Source: Myxococcota bacterium | GTDB taxonomy: Bacteria > Myxococcota_A > SURF-8 | Length of the DNA: 64,000 nt | Direction of reading: 5' to 3' | NCBI GenBank assembly: GCA_963674735.2 | Contig: CAXXQS010000003.1 | Span: 1-64,000, forward strand | In this document: positions 1 to 10,426 of the stretch, in pieces | Position numbering within the stretch: position 1 is the first letter of the stretch | Layout: every line of letters begins with the position of its first letter | Made by a program: the position numbers and the translations under genes | Notes under the pieces: generated by a model | Seen by the model: only the letters and a program-made list of their open reading frames with translations | What the model was told of the DNA's origin: nothing | The model's database searches: none

Positions 1-10
1 TTTTACCTGG

Positions 11-41
11 AAGAAAGAAAACGCCGCCCGAAAGGTGGCGT
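11..41 (-). terminator. possible rho-independent terminator of the beta-helix gene
   Basis: ACGCCGCC(21-28)/GGTGGCGT(34-41) stem with an A-rich run on the + strand (U-rich on -), about 25 nt past the stop at 65. Confidence 0.45.
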
Positions 42-64
42 GAACGTTGAATCGGGATCAGGAT

Positions 65-1639
65 TTACGATCCACTCGTGGTCAGGGGTTCGACCGCTCC
101 GATGTAGGTCGTGCCCTCTGGACCCTTGATGATAAGAGGAGATCCGGCTTCCGGCGAAAAATCGAGATTGAGCGGGTCGGTGAACAGAGGATCGCTTTGG
201 AGATTGTAGGCCGGAATTTCGACGAAGCCCTCGTAGTCGGTCCGCGCATTGTTCCATAGGCAATTACCCCGCAGGGTGGGTTTGAATTCGAGGTTGCGCT
301 TGATCGAAATACCGATTTTGCTGCCAACGATCACGTTGTTGGCGAAATCGCCTTCGCTGCGTTCGAGGAACCACGCGCCGATCTTCTCGTTTTTATAGAA
401 GGTATTGTTGACGACCGTCGGTTTGGCATCCTGGGCAGCCAATAGACCGTGCCAGCCGTTTTCGACGAAGAAATTGTAGCGTATCTGTGGTTTGGCGCTG
501 CGCATGATGACCAATCCGACTTTCTTGTTCTTGACAACCCAGTTTTTTTCGATCGTTGGGCGCGCGACTTCCAGGACTTCGATGCCGTTTTCGTCATTGT
601 CCATGACACGGTTGTCGGAAACGATCGACTCGGTGCCGTCGCGCAGTTGCAGTCCGGTGGCATTTTCGACGAAGTCATTCTGGTAAATTTCGGGCCGTGA
701 CGGTCCTTCGACGCGCAGACCGAGGCGTTTGTTGTGGTGGAAACGGTTGCGTAGTACCTGGCCGCCTCCGCTGGTATGGAAAATGGCCCCGACTCGGTTG
801 TTCATGATTTCGTTGTCGGCCAGCGTGATCCGGCTGCGGTTGACACTGAGCACGCCCCCGTGGGTACGGTCGCTGGAACGGGGATCGTTTTCTTCAAGGC
901 CGTTACCGGAGATGGAATTGCCGGTAATCTCCACATCGGCGCCCTGATCGGCCAGAATCCCGGCCACCTGATTGTTCATGATCTCGTTTTTGGTGATGAC
1001 GATACCCGATCCGTTTTCGTCGCGATAAATCGTCTGTTTTTGCGGAATGCCGTCGGGATACTGCAACACCGATACGCCTCGGGCATTGTTTTCGATGATG
1101 GTGTTTTCGATTTGACCACGAGCCTGATGGTGAAAAAACACCCCCGCATATCGATTATCGGAAATCCGGCAACCTTTGACGTCCAAATTACCGTAACGGT
1201 AGGTTTCGATCCCGGCCACTTGTCCCCCGCGAATGCGGCACTGGCGCAGGCGCAAATCCGTGGATTCCAGCAAAACGACGGAATGCTTGGATTTTCCACT
1301 TTTTTCGAAATTGATGTTTTCGACTTGGACATCGCTGACGTCTCGTCCCACCAGCGCCGGACCATCACCGCTGAAGCGGACCAACACACGTTCCGGGTCG
1401 GACCCTTTGATGTTCATCTTTGTTTGCAGAATCATTTGTTCATCGTAGATGCCCGGTCGCACGACGATCGGCAGTCCCGGCTCCCATTCGGCCAAACCCT
1501 CGCGAATGGAGGTGAACTCGCCCTTGCCGGATTGATCGATAAGGATCATGTTACGGGCGGCACATCCTTGAAGCAGGATAAAAGCGAGCATTCCGGCCAA
1601 AGCCAGGAGAATGGTTCGGTGTAAACGACGTGACGGCAT
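65..1639 (-). CDS. right-handed parallel beta-helix repeat lipoprotein (pectin-lyase/NosD-like fold)
   Basis: ATG at 1639 with AGGAGG SD; signal peptide with lipobox LQGC; many ~22-aa repeats of type I..N.I..N...G(I/L); C-terminal DPLF-DP..DF...GSPLI...IGA motif. Confidence 0.8.
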   Translation of the reverse strand: MPSRRLHRTILLALAGMLAFILLQGCAARNMILIDQSGKGEFTSIREGLAEWEPGLPIVVRPGIYDEQMILQTKMNIKGSDPERVLVRFSGDGPALVGRDVSDVQVENINFEKSGKSKHSVVLLESTDLRLRQCRIRGGQVAGIETYRYGNLDVKGCRISDNRYAGVFFHHQARGQIENTIIENNARGVSVLQYPDGIPQKQTIYRDENGSGIVITKNEIMNNQVAGILADQGADVEITGNSISGNGLEENDPRSSDRTHGGVLSVNRSRITLADNEIMNNRVGAIFHTSGGGQVLRNRFHHNKRLGLRVEGPSRPEIYQNDFVENATGLQLRDGTESIVSDNRVMDNDENGIEVLEVARPTIEKNWVVKNKKVGLVIMRSAKPQIRYNFFVENGWHGLLAAQDAKPTVVNNTFYKNEKIGAWFLERSEGDFANNVIVGSKIGISIKRNLEFKPTLRGNCLWNNARTDYEGFVEIPAYNLQSDPLFTDPLNLDFSPEAGSPLIIKGPEGTTYIGAVEPLTTSGS

Positions 1640-1820
1640 GATCCCTCCTACCTGGAGCGTGTGTGCATCGAAACTCAATCGGCTATCCTGTCTGTACCGC
1701 ATTTGACCGTAAATTGCAAGAGGTGGGCGAGGTGGTTAAAGCATCGAATTGACTTGATTTCACCGATCCGGTATCATCGGCGCATCGAGATGCTTTCGGT
1801 AAGGGACGAGGCCACAACAC

Positions 1821-3623
1821 ATGGTGAATCGTAAACCGTTTACTGTCGAGTCAATCGGGCAACTGCTGGTGGGATACGGCTATATCGACGAGTCGCGCTT
1901 GGGCGATATCCTGATGAAGGCGGGGCACACCCGTCGTCAGCTTGAGCGTAATCGCATCGATAGCGTGCATTTCCCTGGTTCGCGCAAATACGATGTGCTG
2001 CCGCCGGAGTTGATCGCCGCGATGGAAGTTCCGCTTGCGCACGATAGCAATCAAGTCGTGACCGAAGATCTCATCTACGAGCTTCTGGCGCGCGTGGAAG
2101 GCATGCGCTACGTGAAAATCGATCCGCTCAAGCTGGATGCCAAGGTGGTGACCGGCTATTTTTCGCGGCCTTTCGCACGCCGCGCGGTAGCCGCCCCGGT
2201 GGATCAGAACGGGCGCGAGCTTTACGTGGCGGTGGCCAACCCCTACGACGTGGAGCTGATCGAGAATCTCAACCGCATCACCGGCAAGAAAGTCGTGCCG
2301 GTGCTGTCTTCCAAAAGCGATATCCTGCGCGTTATTACGGAGGTGTACGGCTTCCGCAAGTCGGTGACGGCGGCGGAGGAGAGCATCGACGCCGCCTTCG
2401 ACATCGGCAACCTGGAGCAGTATTTCAAGTTGCAGGACGTGGAGCAGATCGAGGAGAACGACCAGCATATCGTAAACGCGGTGGATTACCTGTTGCACTA
2501 TGCCTTCGACCAGCGTGCTTCCGATATTCATATCGAGCCGAAACGCGATTACGGCCGTATCCGTCTGCGCATCGACGGCGTGTTGCACAACGTTTACACC
2601 ATCCCGAAAAAGGTTCATGCCCCGGTCGTCTCGCGTATCAAGGCCATGAGTCGCCTGGATATTGCCGAGCGGCGGCGTCCCCAGGACGGCCGCATGAAAA
2701 CGGGAGTGAGCGGAAACGAAATCGAGATTCGTATTTCCACCATCCCCACCGCCTTCGGTGAAAAGGTGGTGATGCGCATCTTCGATTCCGAAATGTTGCT
2801 CCAAGATGTGGACCAACTGGGTTTGGAACCCGAGGTGCTGGAGCAGTATCGCCGTCTGGTCGCCAATCCGACCGGGATGGTTCTGGTCACCGGTCCGACC
2901 GGATCGGGAAAAACGACCACGCTTTATTCCACGTTGCGGCTGCTGGCCGGGCCGCACGTCAATATCACCACCATCGAAGATCCGATCGAAATGGTGGTGG
3001 ACGACTTCAACCAGATTGCGGTGCAACGGCGGATCGATCTCAATTTCGCCAATGCTCTTAAATACATGCTGCGCCAGGATCCCGATATCGTGATGGTCGG
3101 CGAAATCCGTGACCCCGAAACCGCCGAGAACGCGATTCAGGCGGCGCTGACGGGCCACCTGGTCTTTTCCACCATGCATACCAACGATTCGGTTACGGCG
3201 GTGGCACGCTTGATGGAACTGGGGATCAAGCCCTACCTGATTTCCTCGACACTCAACTTGGTGGTGGCTCAGCGGCTGGTCCGCAAAATTTGTCCGCACT
3301 GTCGCCAGGAAACGTATTTGAGTGAGGATGAAGTCGATAACCTGGGATTGAAGCTGCCCGAGGATGGTCAACGTTTGAAGAGTTGGTATGGCGAAGGATG
3401 CACAAGTTGCCGTTATACCGGCTTGTACGGGCGAACCGGTGTTTTCGAATTATTTCCGGTGACCGACAAAATGCGACGGCTGGTCAAGCAAGGTGCGGAT
3501 AGCCGCGAGTTACACCGGGCGGCGCGCCAGGACGGTATGGTGTCGCTGCGCGAAGCGGCGATCAAAAAGCTGGCCCAAGGCGTGACCAGCTACGATGAAT
3601 TGATGCGTGCATTGTCTATTTGA
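1821..3623 (+). CDS. GspE/PilB family secretion ATPase
   Basis: Walker A GPTGSGKT, TIEDPIE Asp box, LRQDPDIVMVGEIRD Walker B, His box GHLVFSTMH, Zn tetracysteine CPHC/CTSC. Confidence 0.93.
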   Translation: MVNRKPFTVESIGQLLVGYGYIDESRLGDILMKAGHTRRQLERNRIDSVHFPGSRKYDVLPPELIAAMEVPLAHDSNQVVTEDLIYELLARVEGMRYVKIDPLKLDAKVVTGYFSRPFARRAVAAPVDQNGRELYVAVANPYDVELIENLNRITGKKVVPVLSSKSDILRVITEVYGFRKSVTAAEESIDAAFDIGNLEQYFKLQDVEQIEENDQHIVNAVDYLLHYAFDQRASDIHIEPKRDYGRIRLRIDGVLHNVYTIPKKVHAPVVSRIKAMSRLDIAERRRPQDGRMKTGVSGNEIEIRISTIPTAFGEKVVMRIFDSEMLLQDVDQLGLEPEVLEQYRRLVANPTGMVLVTGPTGSGKTTTLYSTLRLLAGPHVNITTIEDPIEMVVDDFNQIAVQRRIDLNFANALKYMLRQDPDIVMVGEIRDPETAENAIQAALTGHLVFSTMHTNDSVTAVARLMELGIKPYLISSTLNLVVAQRLVRKICPHCRQETYLSEDEVDNLGLKLPEDGQRLKSWYGEGCTSCRYTGLYGRTGVFELFPVTDKMRRLVKQGADSRELHRAARQDGMVSLREAAIKKLAQGVTSYDELMRALSI

Positions 3624-3669
3624 CTCCCGTCGGAAACGATGGCGGGTTCTTGAGACAAGGAAGAACGGC

Positions 3670-5151
3670 ATGGCGAATATTTGGGATGAAATCGAACTGA
3701 AAGTCAGAGCCCGGTATCCGTACCTGGCTCTCGTGACTCATGAAGAGGAGCGGGTGCTGGCTAACCTGAAAAGGATCGGCGAGCGACTGGATCTGCCGGT
3801 CGTGAGCTGGAGCGCTTATGCGGGCTTTTCGCCGAAAGCGGTGGGTGACTTCAACGATCCGCTGGATTCCATCGCCGGTCGTGAGAAAGCCGGGTTGTTC
3901 ATGCTGCGGGACTTTCATCTAAACATCCAGGATCCGCGGCATATTCGCCAGGTCAAGGACTTTCGAGACCGCCTCATCGCCGATCGGAAAACGGTGATCA
4001 TCACCACTCCGAACGCCGAGTTTCCCCAAGAACTGGACAAACAGATTCCCTGTATCGATGTCCCGTTGCCCGACGCCCATGAACTGCAAGCCATTTTCGA
4101 CGGCATGTGCCGGAACCACAAACTCGATCTGCCTGCCCGCATGGTGGAGCTCTTCGCCCGCTCGGCCACCGGCTTAACGGCTGAAGAGGCAATCCTGATC
4201 TTTTCGCGCATGTTGTTGGAACCCGAACGGGTCAAGGCCGGGGATTCCAGCCCGGTGATCGAGGAAAAGCGCCGCTTGATCGAGTCGGAGGGTGTTTTGC
4301 AGTTTTACGAACGCGACTTCTCCCTGGATGATGTCGGCGGGTTGCATGCCTTGAAAGGGTGGTTGAAAGAACGGGAGACGGCCTTCGATCAGCGCGCCCG
4401 CGAGTTTGGGCTGCCCGAGCCGAAGGGGCTTTTGCTGCTTGGCGTGCAGGGCTGCGGTAAGTCGCTTACGGCTAAAGCCATTGCGTCTCACTGGCGGCTG
4501 CCCTTGGTTCACATGGATCTGGGCGCGGCTTTCTCGCTTAGCGAATCTCCCGAAGAACGGATGCGGCGCGTGATGAAGCTTTTGGAAGCGCTGGCGCCGG
4601 TGGTGGTCTGGATCGACGAAATCGAGAAAGGTTTCGCCGGAACGCGCCAAGGCGGGGATGCCACCACGCAGCGGGTCTTCGGGCAATTCATTACCTGGCT
4701 GCAGGAAAAGCGCAAGCCGGTGTTTGTGGTCGCCACGGCCAACAATGTGGCCGATCTGCCGCCCGAACTTTTACGTAAGGGCCGCTTCGACGAACTGTTT
4801 TTCGTGGATCTTCCCGATGCCAACGAACGCCGGGAGGTCTTGCAGGTGCATGTCGGTCGACGCGGTTTGGACCCGGCCTCGCTGGATCTCGATGGTTTGG
4901 TTGAAACGACACGCAACTATACCGGCGCGGAGTTGGAACAGGTGGTGGTGGACGGCTTGTATCGTGCCTTCGCGCGTGGCGAAAAAGCCAAGTCTTCCGA
5001 TTTTCTTGCCGCCGCGGAACAGGCCGTCCCGATTTACAACACCTATGAAGAGGATATCAAGCAGTTGCGTGATTGGGCGCAAAACCGCACCCGGCAGGCC
5101 TCGAACGACACGACCTTGTCGGATTACTTCCAGAAAGAAGAGACGCCATGA
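3670..5151 (+). CDS. Ycf46-like AAA+ ATPase
   Basis: N-terminal TxEExR and LRDFH motifs, DVGG...LK, Walker A GVQGCGKS, Walker [31 protein letters not shown]-terminal IKQLRDWA. Confidence 0.9.
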   Translation: MANIWDEIELKVRARYPYLALVTHEEERVLANLKRIGERLDLPVVSWSAYAGFSPKAVGDFNDPLDSIAGREKAGLFMLRDFHLNIQDPRHIRQVKDFRDRLIADRKTVIITTPNAEFPQELDKQIPCIDVPLPDAHELQAIFDGMCRNHKLDLPARMVELFARSATGLTAEEAILIFSRMLLEPERVKAGDSSPVIEEKRRLIESEGVLQFYERDFSLDDVGGLHALKGWLKERETAFDQRAREFGLPEPKGLLLLGVQGCGKSLTAKAIASHWRLPLVHMDLGAAFSLSESPEERMRRVMKLLEALAPVVVWIDEIEKGFAGTRQGGDATTQRVFGQFITWLQEKRKPVFVVATANNVADLPPELLRKGRFDELFFVDLPDANERREVLQVHVGRRGLDPASLDLDGLVETTRNYTGAELEQVVVDGLYRAFARGEKAKSSDFLAAAEQAVPIYNTYEEDIKQLRDWAQNRTRQASNDTTLSDYFQKEETP

Positions 5152-6029
5152 TACCTCTATGGCGATCGGTGGCGGCCGTCATGGCCGCCTTGGCCGGGAT
5201 CATGGTGATTACGGCGGCGGGTTGTCTGCACGACTTGTCGGGTCTGACCATGAATTCGGAGGGTCGTATTCTGGCGGTCAACAACCGGCCGGGCCTGTTT
5301 GCCTGGTGTGAGCCCGATTCCGGACGTCTCGATTGCAAAAAGTTGACTTTTCGGCTTCCGACTTATTCGCATTATGACCTTGAGGGGGTTACTTGGGTGG
5401 GGAACAACCGCTTTTTCGCCGTCGCCGAGAAGCGGGACAACCAGTGTCTGGCCGGTTGCGAGCTGAGCCAGGAAGTGATGGCCTTCACCCTCGACGACAA
5501 GGGCGAGGTGGTCGCCGGACCCTGCGGTCCGCTCATTATTCCCCTTTATGCGGACGACAACCCCGACTGCCCCTTCGCCAACTGCGGCCTTGAAGGGGTG
5601 GCTTTCGATCCCGATCGCAAGCTGCTTTACGTGGCCAAAGAAGCGGATCAGCCGCGTTTGTTTGCGGTACAATTGGATGGCCGTCTGTGTCCCGATGGCG
5701 CATTCAAGCAATTGGCTCTGCCGCGTCCGTTTCCTGGTTTGAGCGATCTGGCCTATTCTTCGAAACGTCAAAGTCTTTTCATCCTGTCATCGCGTGGGCA
5801 TGGATTTTACGGCTGGCATCTGCCAAGCAAGGAAATTCGCATCGATTCCTCGCGTTATCCCGAATGCGAACCTTTTTTCCAGGCCCACATTCCGGTGGAG
5901 GGTATCTACGTGGACGACAGCACCGACACGCTTTTGTTGCTTGCCGAAGATGGAGCCCTCCTGACCTTGTCGCTTCCGCCCGTAGAGGAGACGTCCGCAG
6001 ACGACGAACGTGCATCCGCTCGCCCGTAG
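5148..6029 (+). CDS. exported beta-propeller protein, SdiA-regulated/YjiK-like, possibly a lipoprotein
   Basis: ATGA overlap with the upstream stop; signal peptide ending AAGC; repeated DLSGL/DLEGV/GLEGV/GLSDL/PVEGI blade motifs. Confidence 0.7.
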   Translation: MIPLWRSVAAVMAALAGIMVITAAGCLHDLSGLTMNSEGRILAVNNRPGLFAWCEPDSGRLDCKKLTFRLPTYSHYDLEGVTWVGNNRFFAVAEKRDNQCLAGCELSQEVMAFTLDDKGEVVAGPCGPLIIPLYADDNPDCPFANCGLEGVAFDPDRKLLYVAKEADQPRLFAVQLDGRLCPDGAFKQLALPRPFPGLSDLAYSSKRQSLFILSSRGHGFYGWHLPSKEIRIDSSRYPECEPFFQAHIPVEGIYVDDSTDTLLLLAEDGALLTLSLPPVEETSADDERASARP

Positions 6030-6180
6030 GCTTGTTTTCACTCAAATAAAGTTCGGTGAACGATGGCCTGAAAACCGGCTTATGGCTATCGAACAAAGGA
6101 TTAAAAAAAGGTTCTAATCCCAAAACCGGGGGGCAGAACGAACCAGAAGAAATCCACAAGGCCCACCATCAAGGAAAGGG

Positions 6181-6352
6181 TTTCCCTTCCTCCTGCCGTC
6201 ACCTGCCACGCATCATCTAGCGGCTTGTACCGGGGAGCGCGCAGCCGTCAAGGCTATATGAACGTCGCTGCGCTCCGGCCTTGACTGCCGCAAGCCGACA
6301 CCCCGGTATCCCAAGCCTCATGATGCGAGGCGGCTCCGTCGGGGAAGGGAAA
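6181..6352. other. 172-nt long imperfect inverted repeat (rod-like hairpin), function unknown
   Basis: Nested pairings TTTCCCTTCC/GGAAGGGAAA, CGCATCAT/ATGATGCG, GGCTTG/CAAGCC, TACCGGGG/CCCCGGTA, GTCAAGGC/GCCTTGAC. Confidence 0.7.
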
Positions 6353-6413
6353 GCGAAGCTCCCGAAGTTATTCGTTCGAAGCGAGCAGGCTCCCCGGAAA
6401 TGGGAGTTGAACC

Positions 6414-6443
6414 AAAAAAAAACCGCCCGGAGCAGCCGGGCGG
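6414..6443 (-). terminator. rho-independent terminator of degP
   Basis: CCGCCCGG/CCGGGCGG stem followed on the - strand by a 9-U tract. Confidence 0.8.
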
Positions 6444-6466
6444 CAGAAAACGTGTCGTAGATCCGT

Positions 6467-7939
6467 TTAAATGCGGAAGGCGATGAAGAGAGCCAGGCGT
6501 TCGCGGTTGACGAACAGGCGGACCGTTTGCCCCTTTTTCACCTTTTTGGCTGTTTTGGCGAAATGCGTCGCATCTTTGATGAGGACCGTGTTGATTTTGC
6601 GGATGATATCACCCGGCGCCAGACCGGCGCTGGCTGCGGGGCTATCCGGTTCGATTTGGGTGACGAGCGCTCCCTTACCGTCGCTGATGCCCAGCGCTTT
6701 CAAACGTTCGGGAGCGGGGTTACTGACGTGGATGCCTAACGCTTCGAAATCGGCTTTGGAATCGCCCGCTGCAGCGAGCCCCGTCTCGCCGGGCATGCGT
6801 CCCAGCTTCAACGATATGTTGATGGTTTTGCGATTGCGCCAGACGGATAACGTGACGTCGGTATCCACTCCCGCCGTCGAGGCCATCCAGGTCAATTCCG
6901 ACGGGCTGCCGACGGGCTGGCCGTTGAAAGAAAGAATGATATCTTCCGGCTTGAGACCGGCTTTTTCGGCCGGGCTGTTTTCCATCACGGATGAAACCAG
7001 AACTCCTCGGGCTTTTTTCAGCCCCAGCGATTCGGCCAGTGTCGGAGTGATGTCCTGAATGCCGATGCCGATCCAACTGCGTTCGATCTTGCCGTTGGTT
7101 AACTGCGGCAGCAGAGTTTTCGACATGTTGATCGGAATGGCGAAGCCGATTCCCTGGCCCTGGGCGATGGCGGTATTGATTCCGACCGCTTCGCCGTAGA
7201 TATTCAAAAGCGGTCCACCGGAGTTGCCCGGATTGATGGAAGCGTCGGTTTGGATGAAGTTGGCGACCAGACGGCGGCCGGAGGGATTGATGTCCTTACG
7301 GCCTTTCTGGCTGACGATGCCCATCGTGACCGTCTGAGACAGCCCGAAGGGGTTGCCCATGGCCACAACCGTGTCACCGATCTCCAATTCGGACGAATTG
7401 CCGAGTTTCAAATACGGGAGCGACTTTCCGGCTTCGATTTTAATGAGCGCCATATCGGTCCGTTCATCACGACCGATCACTTTTGCTTGATACTCATCGT
7501 GGTTGTTGAGCTGGACCGTGATTTCGTCCGCGTTTTCGACCACGTGGTTATTGGTAAGGATATAACCTTCTTCGTTGATCAAGAATCCCGAGCCCATCCC
7601 TTGGCTTTTAAATTGGCGCCCGAAAGGTTGATTGAAAAAGAAATCGAAGAAATCTTCCAGCGGTTCGCCACCGCGTCCGCGTGGACCCCGGCGGCGCATT
7701 TTGATGACTTGCTCGGTGGCGATGGAGACAACGGCCGGCAGGGTCGCTTTAACCAGGGCCGACATGGAGCGGTTGACGGCGGGGTCGATGTAAGGTTCGC
7801 GGCCATTATCCGACTCGTGCCATATTTTCCCATGGGGGGATCCGGCGTTGGCGTTGTTTCCATCGACAATGTGCAGGGCCGTTCCCCATAGCAGGGCGGC
7901 GCATAACGTGACGATCCAGATCATGTTCCTTCGTTGCAT
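6467..7939 (-). CDS. degP: Do/DegP (HtrA) periplasmic serine protease with two PDZ domains
   Basis: Signal peptide; GSGFLI, TNNHVV, TDMAL, IQTDASINPGNSGGPL; two PDZ domains; GGAGG SD. Confidence 0.93.
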   Translation of the reverse strand: MQRRNMIWIVTLCAALLWGTALHIVDGNNANAGSPHGKIWHESDNGREPYIDPAVNRSMSALVKATLPAVVSIATEQVIKMRRRGPRGRGGEPLEDFFDFFFNQPFGRQFKSQGMGSGFLINEEGYILTNNHVVENADEITVQLNNHDEYQAKVIGRDERTDMALIKIEAGKSLPYLKLGNSSELEIGDTVVAMGNPFGLSQTVTMGIVSQKGRKDINPSGRRLVANFIQTDASINPGNSGGPLLNIYGEAVGINTAIAQGQGIGFAIPINMSKTLLPQLTNGKIERSWIGIGIQDITPTLAESLGLKKARGVLVSSVMENSPAEKAGLKPEDIILSFNGQPVGSPSELTWMASTAGVDTDVTLSVWRNRKTINISLKLGRMPGETGLAAAGDSKADFEALGIHVSNPAPERLKALGISDGKGALVTQIEPDSPAASAGLAPGDIIRKINTVLIKDATHFAKTAKKVKKGQTVRLFVNRERLALFIAFRI

Positions 7940-7992
7940 GGTCGTACCTCCTCTTGCCCCAATAGAACCGTCGAACCGGACCGCTTATTCCG

Positions 7993-8394
7993 TTACTTGC
8001 CTTTGGTTTTTTCTTCCAGCAGCCGGTCGAGGTCGTCTTGATCTTCCTTCGTGAGGTTGTCGAGCGGGTTGTCCAGCTTTTCGAGACGCTGAATCACTTT
8101 CCCGGATGGTCGGGTTTCTTTGATCACGCGGTTTTTGTCGTCGCTGATTTTGTCTTTGATTTCATCAAGGTCCGGTGTGCGGTTATAGAGCTTGCGTACC
8201 CAGCCGATGGCCGTGTTGTGGGTGGGCTGTAAAAACGACATACCGGTCAGACGATCCAATTTCTGCAGGGCGGTATGGCGATCGATTTTGACGAATCCGG
8301 CGATGATGAACGCAATTAAAAGCGCCAAAATCACCAAAATGAGGCTTTTACCGCTGCGACCGGACGGCTTGGATCGCGTTTTGCGTTTCCCCAT
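7993..8394 (-). CDS. small single-pass membrane protein, hypothetical (start may be 8433)
   Basis: Basic N-terminus, one strong TM helix, charged C-terminus; extended -10 TGGTATAAT upstream (8448-8456, - strand). Confidence 0.65.
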   Translation of the reverse strand: MGKRKTRSKPSGRSGKSLILVILALLIAFIIAGFVKIDRHTALQKLDRLTGMSFLQPTHNTAIGWVRKLYNRTPDLDEIKDKISDDKNRVIKETRPSGKVIQRLEKLDNPLDNLTKEDQDDLDRLLEEKTKGK

Positions 8395-8541
8395 GTTTAC
8401 GTTCGCCTTTCCGTATGTGGTCGAGAACAACATCCTCGGCAGAGTTGATTATACCAAAAGCGCGCAAAAAAATCACCGCTTCGATATCGAGATCAAATGA
8501 ATATCAAAGCGACGACACGTGATTGGCGGCCTACGTTTACG

Positions 8542-10416
8542 CTAGAACATATAGCGCAGGGTGAAGAAAATCTGGTCGTTTTCGGAGAATTGTCCGAACA
8601 AGGTGTCTTTGCTGTCGGGATTCGAGGTGAAACGGTCGAAGCCTTTCGGCTCATTTGCCCAAGCTTCAAGCAACATCAAGCCGAGGGTCAACTTGAGATC
8701 CTGAACCGGTGAGTAGGTAACTTTGGGAATCAGCACGAATTCCTGGGTGCTGAACTGGGTTTGTTCGCTGACCTCGAATTCCAGATCGTCGTCGAGGAAC
8801 GCAAGACGGGCATTCGCAAACAGGCCGATGTTCTTTTCGGTCGAGAAAATAAGCGGCTCGTTAGCATCCACTCCGAACAGGATGGAGCCGTAGAGTTCCA
8901 AATCGAGGTAGAACGTGCTCAAGGCTCCCAGATCGGTTTTCAGCACATCAATCCCGGCGGCGTAAGCCAAAGTGTGATGGTCGCTGGGATTCATTTCACG
9001 GGTGTAGTAGGTTTTGTCGCCGATGAAGGCGATTTCGGCTTTGACGCCCAGTTCCCAGATCGTCGTGCCGAATTCCGCCGCGACGGAATGTTTGCGTTTG
9101 TACTCGGCCTGTGCCAGATCGTGCAGCGACTCACCCGCAGTCAGGCGGTCAATGATGTTCTGGGTGTATCCCGTGATCAGGTTGGTATCGTTTGCCAGAA
9201 CCGCCGCACCCAGCGCCCGCAGCTCGGGATCGAGGTCGCTGGTGGGGATTTGATCGTAGGCGAACAAGTAGGAGAGGCCGAAATCGACGCCTTTCTTGCT
9301 GCCGGAAAAACGGAAGCCAAGCTGCGAGTTGACCGGATTGGCGTCGGGAGTTTTCGTGGTGAGCAAGTTGGGATAGCTGGCCAGCGTTTTGCTTTGATCG
9401 ATATAGTGGTTCAGGTCGATCAGCGGGTTGGTGACGAAACCGTAGACCGATCCATAACGTAACAAGGAGTAATCGCCACCGAAAAGGTCGTTGGGGGGCG
9501 CCTGGAAGAACGGGATCCAGACCAGTTCGAAGTTCAGGCCTTCGACGTGATACGTTCCTTTCACCGCCGGAATCGGTTCGCGTGCGCCGGAAATATCGGC
9601 CCAATAATAGGAGCCGGGGTCGCGCGGGTTGATGCGATCGGACGGACTCATGACCGCCAGGGTTCCCCAGGACACGATTTGGTTACCGATGCGTAAGTCG
9701 AAGGGACCGAAAAACAGATCGAAGTAAGCTTCCCAGGGTTCGAGGCGATAGGAATGACGATAATCGCTACCGTTGAAAATGACGGTCGGATTGTCTTCAT
9801 TGCGTTTGCCGACCACGGCGTGCTCGGCATATAACTCCATGAAAACTTGTATATTTTCGGATATTTCGAGGCGTGTCCAGAATTGGATACTGGAGCGCCA
9901 GTCGATGACGTCTTCCATCCCGCGCGCTTCGGGCTTGGATTCGGGGGTTTCGCGCACCAAGGCGTATTCGTAGGCGAGATCCTGCCCGAGTCGAGTGCGT
10001 AGCTCACCACCAAAATCGAACTTTGGCTTCCACCCTTCTGCGGCGGCGCTCGAACCGGTGGCGTCCGGATCGTCACTGACAGGCGGCAACATGCCGAACT
10101 CGGGGTCGACGTAGACGGAACTTCCTGTTTCCTCTGGTGTTTCAGCGCTTGGCTCGGGCGTGTCGGCGGGAGCTTCAACCGGCGCTTCCGTTGCTGCCGG
10201 TTCCTCCGCTTGCGGTTCCGGTGGAGGAGGCACCGTGGTTTCATCCACCACGTCGGCCACGGGTTCCACCGTCGGCATGACGATCAGTGTCGGTACCGGG
10301 GAAGTCGAGGGGGATGCGGGTGCGTCCTGGGCGTAGAGGCCGAGTGGACAGGTCCACACGAACATGATCAGCAGAAGCCATTTGCCGCGTACTATCAACG
10401 GAATGCCGCCTTTCAT
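8542..10416 (-). CDS. outer-membrane beta-barrel protein, DUF1302-like
   Basis: Signal peptide, Pro/Glu-rich linker, WEAYFD..LRIGNQIVSWG...SPSDRINP motif, C-terminal LRYMF beta-signal. Confidence 0.75.
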   Translation of the reverse strand: MKGGIPLIVRGKWLLLIMFVWTCPLGLYAQDAPASPSTSPVPTLIVMPTVEPVADVVDETTVPPPPEPQAEEPAATEAPVEAPADTPEPSAETPEETGSSVYVDPEFGMLPPVSDDPDATGSSAAAEGWKPKFDFGGELRTRLGQDLAYEYALVRETPESKPEARGMEDVIDWRSSIQFWTRLEISENIQVFMELYAEHAVVGKRNEDNPTVIFNGSDYRHSYRLEPWEAYFDLFFGPFDLRIGNQIVSWGTLAVMSPSDRINPRDPGSYYWADISGAREPIPAVKGTYHVEGLNFELVWIPFFQAPPNDLFGGDYSLLRYGSVYGFVTNPLIDLNHYIDQSKTLASYPNLLTTKTPDANPVNSQLGFRFSGSKKGVDFGLSYLFAYDQIPTSDLDPELRALGAAVLANDTNLITGYTQNIIDRLTAGESLHDLAQAEYKRKHSVAAEFGTTIWELGVKAEIAFIGDKTYYTREMNPSDHHTLAYAAGIDVLKTDLGALSTFYLDLELYGSILFGVDANEPLIFSTEKNIGLFANARLAFLDDDLEFEVSEQTQFSTQEFVLIPKVTYSPVQDLKLTLGLMLLEAWANEPKGFDRFTSNPDSKDTLFGQFSENDQIFFTLRYMF

Positions 10417-10426
10417 GTGGAGGCGC

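Noticed and set aside
776-1624. 282-aa ORF on the + strand
   Set aside because: Antisense to the beta-helix lipoprotein; no recognisable features
1851-3371. 506-aa ORF on the - strand
   Set aside because: Antisense shadow of the GspE ATPase, an expected effect of codon bias at high GC; no motifs
3607-3669. Upstream GTG start of the AAA ATPase
   Set aside because: Overlaps the gspE end; ATG 3670 has an AAGGA SD and matches the family N-terminus
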